The position numbers were made by a program, and so were the translations under genes. Of a stretch of DNA of 64,000 nucleotides, positions 25,892 to 39,940 are shown in pieces (position 1 is the first letter of the stretch; every line of letters starts with the position of its first letter). The DNA comes from Octopus sinensis (taxonomy: Eukaryota), in NCBI RefSeq assembly GCF_006345805.1, contig NC_042999.1, positions 140,740,001 through 140,804,000 on the forward strand, written 5' to 3'. The notes beneath the pieces are model-generated. The model was not told the DNA's origin. It made no database searches and saw only the letters and a program-made list of their open reading frames with translations.

Positions 25892-26541
25892 AAATAGCAG
25901 TATAGCTCAGCTTTACCCGGGATTAAGTTAGGATTATTAAGCTAATCAAGTTCTTTATTTCAAACCAAACTAAGTAACATCGACGTCAAATTTGGATGAA
26001 ATCCGTTGAAATTGGTAAACTTTTGGCTGAAAATGAGTTGCAGAAAACTTGATTTGATAATCCCATAAGGAATCGGTTTATCGATTTTTTCTACTCATCA
26101 GTTTTTTGTTTTTTTGTTTTTGGAGAACTTAAAGCATTCAAAGATCCCATGAATCCTAAGTAATGCTGGCATCAAGTTTGAACAAAATACATCAAAATTG
26201 GTAAAAGTTATGGTTGAAAATGGGGTGTAGCCAATTTTATTGGGAAACCCTATAAGGAATAGGTTTATCGATTTTTTTTATCCTGATTAAATTGAAAACC
26301 CCATAAGGAATCAGTTTATTGATTTTTCACCCCAAATAGGACTGAAAATTGTTAAAAGTTTTGGTTGAAAATTTATCTTCACTGCTTTTCGCTGGTGCCT
26401 CTGAGAAAAATAAGTTGACAAAAATACAACTAGGGTCATGACGAATGACATGTGTGCTAATAGGAGTGACATGTGTGCTAATTTGTGGATGTGCATAAAT
26501 TACATTCACATACACACATCCTGCCTTTTATATATACAGAT
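25892..26541 (+). mobile_element. Non-autonomous Helitron/Helentron-like element
   Basis: 5' end aatagcagtatagctcagctttacccggg and 3' end cctgccttttatatatacagat. Internal subrepeats ccc(t)ataaggaat..gtttat.gattttt occur three times and aaattggtaaa..tt.tgg.tgaaaatg twice. Confidence 0.5.
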
Positions 26542-26557
26542 ATTATATTCTATAGTG

Positions 26558-26800
26558 AAGGTGCATGGCTCAGTGGTTAGAGCGCCGATCTTACAACCGT
26601 GAGGTTGTGAGTTCGAATCCCAGACAGGGCTGCGTGTTGTGTTCTTGAGTAAGACACTTTATTTCACATGTGGAGAGGGGAGGCTGGTATGCATGGGCAA
26701 CTGCTGATCTTCCATAAACAACCTTGCCTGGACTTGTGCCTTGGAGGGTAACTTTCTAGGTGCAATCATATGGTCATTCGTGACCGAAGAGGGTCTCCAA
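26558..26800 (+). mobile_element. tRNA-derived SINE (third family) with intact Pol III boxes
   Basis: A box TGGCTCAGTGG and B box GTTCGAATCC, followed by gttgtgttcttgagtaagacactttatttcac; no tRNA acceptor stem. Confidence 0.8.
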
Positions 26801-28579
26801 CTATATTCTACCTTTCTGAGTTAGCAGTGTGATTCAATCACTTGATAGTATATTATGGTTTCTAAATGAAATATGATGTACCTACATACCAGTTGCTAGG
26901 AATGTGTTTAATATGTAAATTGGTTTATCCAATAATGTTACACTGCTAAACTTAGTGGCTGTTTAAACAATGTGTTTGTGGATGGTTAATGGATTGGCTG
27001 TAGTTCTGAAGAAAGAGCAATAACTTCTGAAAAATGCATTGTCTGTTTTCTATCTTCAATCACATAGACTTATTTGTATCCAAGATGTTATAACTTTTGG
27101 TGCTGGATCTAAATTCTATAGAATATCTGTGAAGATAACTTTAAAATGTATGTATATTTGTTTGTATGAATGCAAACAGTAGCAGAGAACTATAAAGAAA
27201 TAAAGAAAATGTTGCAGAGTCAAGCTGGATGAAACAACATGAAGGAAAAAATAAAATGTTAGAGCAAGATCCTGCTCTACCATTTTCTGTAATGCCTATA
27301 GCCAAGGATATCCCAGTCCCTTTAGTTTACAATTCCATTAAAGAGAAGAACATCATTGCTGAATTGCCCTCAGCCAGAAGAACAAATGAATGCATGCACA
27401 CAGCTATGAATAGGTCATGTTTTATCATCATATCTCACTCAAAGGATTTGTTGTTGTTTGAAACATATCCAGGGGAGCTCATAAGAATGAGGTGGTCAGA
27501 TGTATGTAGAAGGTGAATGTAGTGAATGGTGAACAATGGTGGTGATTGGTAAATATGGGATGAAAGATGGATGTCAATTGGAAGTAGCTCAGAAGAGAGG
27601 AAAAGGTAACTTGTTATACAGAAGGTAGGAGAATGATGGTGGGATGAATGTTGAAGAGATGAAAATGTTAAAGTTTGTAAGAGTGTGTTTGTGTGTAATG
27701 GGGAGAATAAAGGGTAAATATAAACAAAAGTGTGGTGGATGATGATGAATATAAGTAGGGTTGGGATGATGGGATGAATATCAATAGGAAGTGACACAGG
27801 GGAGGGACCCAGTTGTGTGCAAACATGTTATGCTTTCAGAATCTTAGAGATGATGTGGTATGTCAACGGGATGGGTTTTCTCAAGCACACATACATGTAT
27901 ATATCTGAAATAAACACAAGTTAAGAAAACTAACCCAGAGTGGCCAGTTGTTTACATATTGCCAGATCAGACTGGGCCTGGTGCAGCCTTCTGGCCTCCC
28001 AGACCCCAGTTGAACCGTCCAACCCATGCCAGCATGGAAAGCAGATGCGAAACGATGATGATGATGATGATGAAATATGAATAAGGGTTAAGTTAAAAAG
28101 AATACATGATAAATTCTTGATTTTTTAAAAATTATTACCACTTTTAGAAAGGGTAGACCAATTGTTTGGTAGTAATTGGTACAAATTCCAAATGGAAAAG
28201 TAAGATGATCTAAAAAATTTTCCAAAATTGACATGCCAATAAAAGACAGTGAGGAAACACGTGCAAACACTCACACAAACACCATTATGTATATATATTC
28301 TGTATTATACTGATATATATCAATGTAAAGATAGCTAGATTGTAGTTGTATGAGTCAAAATGATTAAATATAAATAGCTTCTTTTACTACCAACTTATAT
28401 TGTGTATTTCAGTTATATTCTCAATTCTATACACTTCAGTCTACATAGTTGTAAGTTATAAGGAATTAAATTCTTAGGGAATGTTAATTGAAATATAAAT
28501 GTATTTTATCCAGTGGAAAATTATTTTGAATCTGCCTAACATCAAGAAACCTGAGCCTTGTATCAGCTCTTAGGAGACA

Positions 28580-28629
<50 letters not shown>

Positions 28630-30550
28630 CATTATATTCTACATGTATTATGTTAGATATGAAGCTTTCTCATATTTCATTTGGTGATTGATGTTTCTGC
28701 ATTCAAATCAAACAGTAAGTCAACAATGACTTTAATTCTTCCAAATTTGGTGACATAAGTGCTGGTTGTTGCTGTCCATATGTTGGCCCTGCTTGAGCAA
28801 ATGTATGATCAAAAGCACTCCAGTTATGAATCTCATCCTTCCTTTTTTCAGGCAGTGCATTTAGGACTATGTCATCTAATGCATTTTATCTCCATGTTTT
28901 TAAAGAGTACAGTGTCATTTGGAGAAGATTTGACTGCTATTTCGAGCAAGTCAAGCTAATATGTTGAAGATCAGCTTGCATGTGTTTTGGTTGTCTATTA
29001 CTGATGTGGGTGAGGAGGTAGGCTCCTAGAGAAGTAAATATTGATCCAGTTTTAATTCTCTAGTTATTTTTTCAGACTTAGGCTTTGGGCACTGCCTCAT
29101 CTTTTTGAACTTAATAATGAGAAAAATGGTAAAGACATGAGTATAATAATTCTTAGTTTTCCTTTTACCTAAATATCCTTGGTTTTTATGTCTGCCAAGA
29201 GAATGGGAGAAAAAATCCACTTATTACCATAAGGATGTAAGTTCAAACCTTATTTACAACAAATGTATTATGGCCCTAGTCAAGGAACACTTATTAACAG
29301 CATAACTATCAGTTGCTACAGCTATTTGAGCATCCAACAGTCATAAATAGGCATGATTCCGTTGAAAATATGCATCAACCTACAGCTTCATGGTTGAGGT
29401 TTAAGCTGTAAATATATTTCTTTCAACAATACTTATACAGATATAATAATCAGTAAAAATTAAAGTTTTATGCCATGATGCAGAGTCCAGAATTAAACAA
29501 ATATTAGCATTAAAAAATGGATAGAGAAACAATGATAATAATAATCCTTTCTACTATAGTTACATGGTTTGAAATTTGTTGGGAGGAGGCTAGTTGATTG
29601 CATCAACCCTAGTGTTCCACTGGTACTTATTTTATCAACTCCAAAAGGATGAAAAGCAAAGTTGATCTCAGCAGAATTTGAACTCAGAACATAAAAACAG
29701 ACAAAATACTGCCAAGCACTTTGCCCAGCATGCTAATGATTCTGCCAGCTCACAGCCTTAACAATGATACCAATAATCCATACAGTAAAGATTATAAAAA
29801 AAGAAAAAGAAAATGACAAAGTCAAATTTATTGTCCTATCTACTGTGCCTGAATAAAAACTTGATTATTTTAATTCTCAATTTATCAAATCTATAAGGAA
29901 ATGAAATGAGGTGAGGTTAATGCATTTTACAAAACTACTATCAAAAGCATTATTTACACTAATGTCAGAGTATTAAAAAGTTTTTGAAAGTCAAGATTCT
30001 GGGAACTTCAATACTTTCTTGTACTTGCTAAGAATAGAACAAATATATAGTCTCACTGAAAGCTAAATCCTTATCTGCTCATAGTTTTATGAAATACACT
30101 ACTTACGTGCTTTAATTTCAAAAGTAAAAAATAACCCTAACTTTTTTATTATTAAACTGATGTTTGAAATACAATAAAAAGGTCTTACACAAAAGTTTGG
30201 TGAGGTTTTCTTGAAAATGAGAGGTTTTATGTATGGATATGTGCCAATGTCAGACAGGTTGATCTTGAAAGTATTAATGTAGAAAACACCAATATGAGTC
30301 TAATATACAAGGATTAAATATAATTCTTATCAAGTTATAATTATGAGAGATTCTAAAACACCAAGTTGTAATCCATTTTAACAGAATAAATTTGGTTTCA
30401 AGATCAGAAAGCAATTTTTGTTATCTAGTCATGAATACCATAAATTACTAATCAAACTGAGTCCTTCAAGTACAAGTTTTGCTAGCAAATAGATTGTGAA
30501 ATAAACTGTAAAAGATTTCTGGTGTGTGTAACTGAATACACTGATTATTA

Positions 30551-30891
30551 TTGTGTTGAGTCAAAAGTTTTGCAATATTTTGGTAACTTGTTTGCTTTAA
30601 TTGCCAAATGACAAATAAAGCAACCTAGCATTCAAAGTAGAGGCCATCGTGTTGCACCATCTGAAACCACTTTTCTATCAGTTCTTTGATCTCATGCTGA
30701 TACCACTTCTTGTCCTTTAAGGTGAAAAACTCTTTCACTGAAGCTTCCACCTCCTCTTGAATAGAAGAAAAGTCAGAAATGTGGTTTCAGATGGTGCAAC
30801 ATGATGGCTTCTACTTTGAATGTTAGGTTGCTTTTATTGTAACTTGATGAATAAGTTATCAAAATATTGCAAAACATTTGACTCAACACAA
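30551..30891. mobile_element. Mariner-derived foldback element made of two transposon 3' ends
   Basis: TA-flanked ends TTGTGTTGAGTCAAA and TTTGACTCAACACAA. Arms 30549-30676 and 30775-30893 are inverted. The minus strand encodes a mariner C-terminus IQEEVEASVKEFFTLKDKKWYQHEIKELIEKWFQMVQHDGLYFEC*. Confidence 0.8.
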
Positions 30892-32449
30892 TATAAATAA
30901 GCACCTTTACAACCAATACAGAAAAATGGGGTATCAGCTTGAGTGGTTTTAGGCCTATCTGAGACAACTCTGATTCTCCTTTATCTGCTAGCAAATAGAT
31001 TGTGAAATAAACTGTAAAAGATTTCTTTACAATGTTCAATGTATTCAATTACATACAATAGCAACACCTAAAAACCAAAACTACTACTGTACATTACTCA
31101 AAACAGGTGGCTTAGTGCATTAATAATTAATTAATCATAATGATATCTCATAATTATGTATCTTGAGATATGTTATAGGAAACTTTTCACTGATTTACAG
31201 TAATGGTGTAGATACGGTAGGTAGTCAGATGATAAAGAGTTCTAGTAATGATGCACTGAGGCATTGTCAAGTGTTTTTAAGTTAGGTCATATGTTCTTTT
31301 AGTAATGATGCATCAAGAAGTGTCAGAAACAAGTACTGAACAACTAGTGTGAAGGACTTCTAACAATGATTATTTATGGAAGTCTTTTAAACATTAAGAT
31401 ACTGAAGATTTCTACTAAAGGGGAATTTTAGATTGAGATTGAGATAGATAGATAGAGATAGAGACAGACAGACAGAGAAAATTAACCATGGAATATAGGA
31501 AACCATGAAATGTAATGTAAAGCAAACAGTAGGATCCTAGGAAACTACCGGTGGTCTACATAGGCATTAGTGACTATGAACAGTTTGAAAGTGAAATAAA
31601 TTGAGAAAGAGGAAAGGTATGAAGTTTTGGACACTCCTTCATCAGAGAGAGAGATGTTTTCTTATGATACTGAATTATTGAATGAATAGATTGGGAGTAG
31701 AAAGAGGGAAGAGAGATAGAGAGAGAAGCGGGGTAAGAAAACAGTGAAGAATAGAGTTCACAAAGTAAAACACACCATGATAGAGAGGCAGAGAGAAAAG
31801 ATTGAAGGGAGGGCTGATAAATTTGAAATGCAAGGAAAAGAAGTTGTTAACTTTGAGACAAATGCTTACTAGGAAAATGAAAATCGTTGAGAAATGCTTG
31901 CAGGCAAGGGATTTTTTAGAGTAAAAATTAAGTTTTCTTTTTCACTGCCCTTGTGGGTATGGGATGACCATGATATAAGATATACTGTATCTTACATCAT
32001 CTGCAATGTTTCTGTTTCAATTATTAATTAATTTACTATTTTCATGAATAGAATATAGAATATCATTTGAAGCTTGAGAAATTTATTTACTGTCAATACT
32101 TATGTTATTGTTCATTTGATCTGCATAAACAAATATACTGTGTTCTCTATTCACTCTTAAGAATCACAGGTGTATTCTTTCCTTCTTATGGTTTCTCATT
32201 TTTATTGCATCAATAGTAAACAGGAACTGCAGTTTCATAGAATATTGTTATCAGTGTTTGTAATAAAAGAAGATGGACATGGACATCTTTCTGGGTGATG
32301 TATTGTCCAATAACTAAAAAAGCATGCAACTTAAATGTGCAACAATAAACCTTTACTTGTTGAAGATGCTTTTAAACCTATTTTAAACTAGAGACCATTC
32401 TTTCAGTAATTCCACTTGATTCTCATAGGCTTTCATCTAATCTTATTAA

Positions 32450-33880
32450 GCTTGGACATGTGATACATATGAATGAAGACAGCTACATAAAGAAGTGCTG
32501 GTCACTGAAAGTGGATGGTAACTGTGAAAGAAGGAGACCCAGGTAAACATGAGATGAAGTGGTAAGGAGTGATCTCAGGATGTTGGGTCTCACAGAGGAA
32601 ATGACAATGGACTGAAATTTCTGGCAATATGAGGTTCTTGAGAAGACCTGCCCATGTCAACAAAACTAAGCTCTAGAAGTACTATGTGTTCCACCCACAT
32701 GTAACAAGAAAACTTTTCATACACCCTACATCAACAAACTAAACAACATCTCTTCTCTTCTTCACATTTCCTTTTTCATGCATTATGCTTACATCTCATT
32801 CACCAATCCTGTCCTCTTGGCCTTATTTCACTGTATCATTGCTTCGTTAGCCCCCACCTGTGTGTTTTATCCACATGTAACAAGAAAACTTTTCACACCA
32901 TTGTTATCTGCTAGTCCCCCACCTGTGTGTTCCACTTGCATGTAACAACAAAACTTTTCACACACCCTACCCCGATAAACCAAACTACATCTCTACACCT
33001 CTTCTCTTCTTCACATTTCCTCTTTCATGCACTATGTCTACCTCTCACAGCCCTGTTTCTCTGTATCATTGCTATCCAGTAGCCCTCTCCCCACCCCCTT
33101 TATATACCCAGATTTTCACCACTCACTGCATTCCCTTTCCCCACACTTTACTCATGCTCCCCTCTCTCTACTCATGCTTCTTTGGCAATATCCTTCCACA
33201 TATTATGACCTTTGAACCTCAAGTGTATACCCTAGCACTTTCCACCATCAATCTCTTCTTTTACTTGACCATCCCATTTATATTCTGATCCTGGTCCCTT
33301 GTGAGAATGCCCAACACTTTGCCACCATCTCTCTTCTGCTGTCTCCCCCCCTCTCTCCTTCTCCTCAGGTTGGGTAACAATGTATCTCCTTTACGGCAGC
33401 ACACCTGTCTCTATCCTCATTCCTCATCTCTCACTCACTCTCTCTCTCCAGCCGGGTAACCTTGTACCTCTTCTACAACAAGACACCTATTTCTAACTCA
33501 CTATAACCTTTCATCAGCTGACATCAGATCACCTCCTCCAAGGCCCCCTCTCCTCTCAAAAGATTTTTTTCTTGCAAGTTACTTGGTTGTCCTATTAGTG
33601 CTGGAGCCACTTAAAAAGCATCCAGTCCACACTGTAGAGTGGTTGGCATTTGGAAGGGCATCAACCTGTAAAAGCCTTACCAAAACTAACCTCGTCTGTG
33701 CTTGTACCACATAAAAAGGACTCAGTTTACTCTGCTGGGTGGTTGGTGTTAAGACAGGCGTCCAGCTGTAAAAATCCTGCCAAAACAGACACAGAAGTCT
33801 GGTGCAGGTTTCTGCCTGGATGGCTCCTGTCAAACAGTCCTAGCTGTGCCAGGATGGAAGGTGGACATTAAATGATGATA
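32450..33880 (+). mobile_element. RTE LINE 3' fragment with long pyrimidine-rich 3' UTR
   Basis: GHVIHMNEDSYIKKCWSLKVDG...DEVVRSDLRMLGL, then a C/T-rich UTR containing a local duplication (32685-32790 versus 32925-33035), then the shared tail. Confidence 0.8.
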
Positions 33881-36800
33881 ATACATATCATCTTTAAAAT
33901 AACAGGCCTTATTAGACATTAATTTCCTGGAATATCATTTCAGGAAAACACAGTTCTTTAATGCCTGCTTAACTGTTTGTGCTTCTTTATTCATAACTCT
34001 TAATATATCTGGTCACCCAAAGGATGCATTAACATGTTAAGAACAGTTCTAACGTCTTCATATATAAGCATGATCCTTATGCATATGTATCCAAGTTTTA
34101 ATTTCTTTAGGCTAAGTATGTACTGTGTAAGATAATATCAGATTTTTCCAGCATATGTTGAACATCTTACTTAATGTTCCACATCTTTACAGTAGCTTGA
34201 CCAGTGTGCTCTTAATTCCAGCCACTTCCTTGTTGCTATTGAGTCATAATGCACATCACCATGCACAGCTTTTATCATCAATGCTGGTAGAACAATTAAT
34301 TCTCTTTTTACACAAGATACCATTATCAACTGTTAACTTATTTATTAATGACTTGAATGGCCTCCCAACAATAGAATAATTGCTCCAATTACTATTAATC
34401 ATTCTTTTTAATATACCAGATAAAATATTATCATTACTATTCCCTATTTTCCTAGTTTGAAATTTTATAAAGTTAATTTATAAAAAATGGATGAAAAAAA
34501 AATCATCATCATCATCATCATGTTCGTCTAAACCAAATTAATAAATTCCAATCATGATAATGCATATTCATAATAAAATGCTGTTGTTTTTATAATACAT
34601 GCAGATATTACTTTTGCAAGCTTGAATTACTGTTAAAAATGAAAATGGTGGCCTATGTTCTGAGACCAATTTAATTTTTTGGCAAGTATAATTCTAAGGT
34701 TTCCATTTTAGTAACTGGGTATCTTGTTTCAGTTGTGGTTAATAAAGTTATTGAATTTTATCTTCATCATTATTGTATTCTCAAAGCCAATTTCATAAGG
34801 ATTTGCAGAATCTTCATTTATAATTTTCTCAACTGTTTTATTGATATACCATTTTTGTAGATTTGCATACTACCTGAGAGTAATTATTTTTCTCACACTT
34901 AACTGTTTTACTAAATACAGGACAGTTAGATAGTTCATACTTATATAACCACAAAAGAATTATTTATACTTGTTCCTACTCCCATTTCACTGAAATTGGA
35001 TCACTCGACTGATTCTAATACTTTAACACAATGCTCAGAGTATTTTCATAATTTTATAGACTCTATCAGTTTGATTTGCAATGATACACTAAACGAAGAT
35101 AATGAACTTCACGGCATTTTCAGCTCCTCTTAACACTAATGATTAAAATCACTCTATAGTGTGTCTTGGGTCTGTTTTAAGTCAGCTGACCAGATGAGCA
35201 TAATGCAACTATTTTACTCTTAGGGAACCCTTGAAAAACATTCCATGTTTCCAGGACCCTGTACATAATAATTATTATATATCTTTTCCTTTCTCTTTTA
35301 TAAAGTGAAGTTTCATAAGAGAATAAACTACTTTTGTAAAGTTAAATCCATCAGATGCTGTAAAGAATGTTTAGCAAATTCCATCTTCATCAACAACTTC
35401 TTTAGACCAAATTTCCCTACAATTTCCTATTAAAAAATTATTTTCCCTGTAAGGTCCCTTAACACCAATCAGGATTTCTTTAAAATAACAAATACAGAAT
35501 TAAACAGAAAAGTAACTCTAAAATGCACCAGCATATGATTAACTTATTTTGCAGCATTTCTCCTGGAACTCTGGTAACCTCTCACGGGATTCCAGAGTAA
35601 CCCTGTTTGGGAAACCTCTCACAGAACCCTTGGGTTCTGGGGAAACTCTCGCTGGAATCACTGACTCTACATAGGATCAAATGCTACTGAGTGAACTTTA
35701 AACACTTGATCATTATATCAATAGTTTAGAATTTTTGCCAGGTAGCCTATATATATTGTAATATGTCTGTGAGAAGTAAAAGCATTGATTAAATTCAAAT
35801 GATGTCATGTGGGACTTTTAGGGAGGAAAACAAAAAAATGTAAAAAATGAAATATTGTACAGCAGAAGATAACTGTTTGCTGTTGTTCAGAGAAAGCAAG
35901 TTTTAAATTAAACTAGCTATTTTGGTTTGGATTATGTCCCATGTTATCACTGCAAATATAGTAATAGTATTGTGTAACTTTCATAAGTGCTTCAATTTGG
36001 GATTAACAGAAGAAGAAATAATAATAATAATAATGATAATAGGGACATGAAAGAGACAGAAGAGAAGGAGATTATGAAAGAGATAGAGGGAAAACAAAGA
36101 AGACAAAGGGAGAAGAGAAGGAGGAAGAGGAGAAAAGAAGATGACGCAATAGAATTTATGGGATTGATATAGACTATAGTTGGTCGACAGTAAGATAAAG
36201 ATTATCTGTGGTTAAAGTAATGTATTTACTGAAGGTTATACTAATTTAAATAATAAAACCAAGGAAAAGTTTCAGCATTTTTCTCTCAATCCATGTGGTA
36301 TCTGATTAGGATAAGGTGGAGGGATTTGATAAGTATAGCTTTACCTTTTCAAAAATGACTGTAGTTTGAGGCAGAAAAGGTAGTTAAATTAATAATATAT
36401 TTAGATTGAGGTGCCATTTTTGTAGCTGATATCATTTATAAGTCCTATTTTAGTTGATTCTATCTATTTATTATTTTGTAAAGAGAGAAGTTTGTATACG
36501 AGAAAAGATGAGCCAAACAAATCAGGGATTTCAGAATCTCCTACACATTCATTATAACCATATGGTAATGAGAGCACTGGCATGTTAGTTTTGGTTGAAT
36601 TTTATTGCTTAATTCTTTTCATTACTAATGTACTTATATTTTCAATGTTTTTTTAATTCGCTTTGAAAATAGTTGAGAATTTGGACTGATTTAGCAAAAA
36701 TAAGTCTCTTTTTCTTTTATGTTGGTTTGGAACATAACTTAATGAAAGATTCTTATATAAAGTTAGAATGAAAGATTTAAATTTCAATATGAATACTTTA

Positions 36801-37256
36801 AAATGAGAAAACTTATTTCAGTGGACCAGGGGTGCTCTCAAGTAGGTTGCTATCAAAAAAGTCAACAAGAGTTCTGATCATAGAAATCCCATATTTACTG
36901 TTGGCATGCTGTCCTGAAATAAAAACAGAACAAGATGTGTGTAATACCCCTTTTAAAGACAACAGTGATTTCATTAGCTTAAGTTATATAGAAAGTTTCA
37001 CATAGTTTGTTATGGTATTATTTATATGGCCGATGCCAGTACCCTCTGACAGGCCCCCATGCCAGTGGCACGTAAAAAGCACTGTCTGAATGTGATCGAT
37101 GCCAAGCCTGCCTGACTGGCTCCTGTGCCAGAATGGTTGGCATTAGGAAGGGCATCCAGCTGTAGAAACATTGCCAGATCAAATTGGAGCCTGATGCAGC
37201 CTCCTGGCTCTCCAGACCTCAGTCAAACCCATGCCAGCATGGAAAACGGACGTTAT

Positions 37257-37296
<40 letters not shown>

Positions 37297-37759
37297 ATGA
37301 TCAAAAATGTTCCAGCTATAACTATCACATCACTTTTTCAAATGTTGCTTATCTTAAACTACATTATACAATGTGTTATTTTAAAGGTGGTGTGGTGTGA
37401 GTTGAGGGTGTTTTGACTGCTTTTTAAAATTCAAATGTTTACATAAATGTTTACTTATTTGTTTGTCTGTATCTGTCTATCTCAGTCTCTCTCTCTCTCT
37501 CTCTCTCAGAATTTTGTGACTGAGGTAAGCAAAAGTAGGTACTTCAGTAGTATGTTTGGTGAAACAATAACTGAGATTAAACTAAATTGGTAGGTGATGA
37601 GGTGACTGACTGATTTCTTTAAATGTGTGTGTTGGAAATTGTTAGATCAGCCACCTACCAATTTAGTTAACACATTTGTCAGATAGATTATATTCTCACC
37701 AGGAAATGGAAAAGAAGGGCTGTTGTAAATACCAAAGCCTTCCTTTGCAAAGAATGCAC

Positions 37760-39940
37760 TGCACAACACAGATTAGTGGCTAGTGGCTTTAGGGCCAGAA
37801 CCAGGCAGATGCAGGAACATAACAGTATGGAAAAGGAAGATATGGAAACTAAAAGATCCCACAGTTGGGAATAGGTTTAGAGAAATACTAATTGACACAT
37901 ATGTGTAGCATAGAAGACAACTGGAAATTTCTACAAGACAACCTACTTAGAGTTAGAGCAAAGTCCCAGCCAAACCAAAAGTAATATGGTGGTGGAATGA
38001 CACAGCTGATATGTTGAATGTGGAGAATAAAGTGGATAAAGATAAGCTACCTCATGTTAACCCTACTGAGGGACCAGCAATTCAAGCTGACTGTAGCTTA
38101 GTAGACAAAGTGATTAAGGACAGAAAGAGAGAGAAAAATGCAGGTCCACCAAGGACAGTTGTGGAGATGCTCAAAATATTTGTGAAGTAGGATACATGAT
38201 TACCACCTGAATAGCTAACCAAGTTATACAAGAAAGTGACATACTGGCATAGCAATATCATCATGAACTGCTACAAAGGTTAAGGAGGCATCTTAGAGAG
38301 AAGCTACTATAAAAGAATCAAGCTACTGATCTGCTTATGAAGGTCTGAGAAGAGAAAGTCAAACACTGATTGGTTTGTGACAGAGCAGATCTAGATGAGA
38401 TGCAGAAAAAGTTCAGGGAGTTTCACTGCTGCAAACAACAAATTTCTTTGTCTGAAAATGAAGGGCAGATTGTATGATGCTTATTGTAGAACTGCAATGC
38501 TGCATGGTAGTGAGACACAGGTCTTGAATGAAGAGGACTTGAAAAGACAGAAAAGAAATGAAGTAAGCATGCTTCATTGGACATGCAATGTAAATGTGTA
38601 TGAACAATAAATTACAAATGCACTGAGAGAAAAACTGAACATAAGAAGATTCAGAAGTAATATACATGAAAGAAGCCTGCACTGGTAAGAACATGGGTGT
38701 ATATGGATGAAGACAGCTGTATACAGAAATGCTGATCAGTTAAGGTAGGTGGAGCTTGCAGAAGTGGGGAGAGTCAGAAAAACATGTTATGAAGTGGTGA
38801 AGGATTATGTCAGAACCTTGATCCTCTTGGAGAAGATCATATGGGGCCAGGATGACTGATGATATGCAGTTCTTGAGAAGACCCATTCAAGTCATGGAAA
38901 GTAATTTCTCAAAGTACAGCACTGTATGTATGTATATATGTACAGCTGGATACTTTATCCAATTTCCTTCTTCAAAACACCCTCACCATCTTTCGTCTCT
39001 GTAAGTGCAGCTTTTCCTTGAAACGACTTATCTTTCTCACAACCTGGAACCATTTTACTCAATAGCCTCTCTCATCTTTAATAGTATCCTCCACCCACAT
39101 TTTATACTGATTCTCCATCACTGAGTCACCAAATCATCTCAACTCTATACCATATATCTCTCACACTCCACGTACCCTATGCCTCTACCACACACACTTT
39201 CACAACCTACCCAACCACTCATCATCCCCACTCTCTCTCATCCCTTCTTTATTTACATCCTAAATATTAATCATTATTATTCTGCCACTCTTCACCCACA
39301 TGTACCATTGGTAATCCTCATCCTTTATCCTCCATTCTCAACCCTCAATTCGATTTCTACAGTTGTCACCTTCTCTTCTCTTCCACTCCTACTCATCATC
39401 TGCTTAAAACTTATTCTTCATTCATTATAATTATTCCCTCACTGATTTCCCATCTCTTACTCACCTGTACACACATGCAATCTTTACCAACCCACACTCC
39501 TTGTTATTTTGCCCACTCCCTTACCTCTACTCACTTCATACATTGTGGGTTCACGCAGACGCCACATTACCATTACTTTTATCTCTTCCTATTCTATCTA
39601 GTTACCAATCCTTCTTCTAAAATGTGAGTATTCATGTAGACCCCCCCTCCTTGCAGCAAGAGACCTATTCAGCTCAGGATCCTTCTCTCATACATAGTTT
39701 AAGCTCTCATCCCTAAACATAAAGCTACCTCCCCTGAAGTTTGTAGTCTTGAAAGCTGCATGGCAGAATCACTAGAACTGGTGATACAAAAATAGCATCC
39801 ACTACATACTGTCAAGTGTTTGGCATTAGGAAGAGCATCCAACTGTAGAAGCCATGCCAAAGTAGCTGATGCAGTCCTTGGACTCATTGGTTCCTTTGAA
39901 ACTCCAACTCATGCCAGCATGGAACATGAACTTTAAATGA
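37760..39940 (+). mobile_element. Degenerate RTE LINE with internal deletions
   Basis: 38050-38340 is similar to 13060-13370. Contains KGRLYDAYCRTAMLHGSET (ORF 38395-38610), C-terminal motifs, a C/T-rich UTR and the shared tail. Confidence 0.8.

Noticed and set aside
26560-26630. tRNA gene
   Set aside because: A and B boxes are present but there is no acceptor stem, and the sequence runs into a SINE body.
35215-35663. hAT/Charlie-like transposon end (also cagtggttcccaa at 4276)
   Set aside because: Only terminal-like words are visible; I could not establish a matching opposite end or an 8-bp target duplication.
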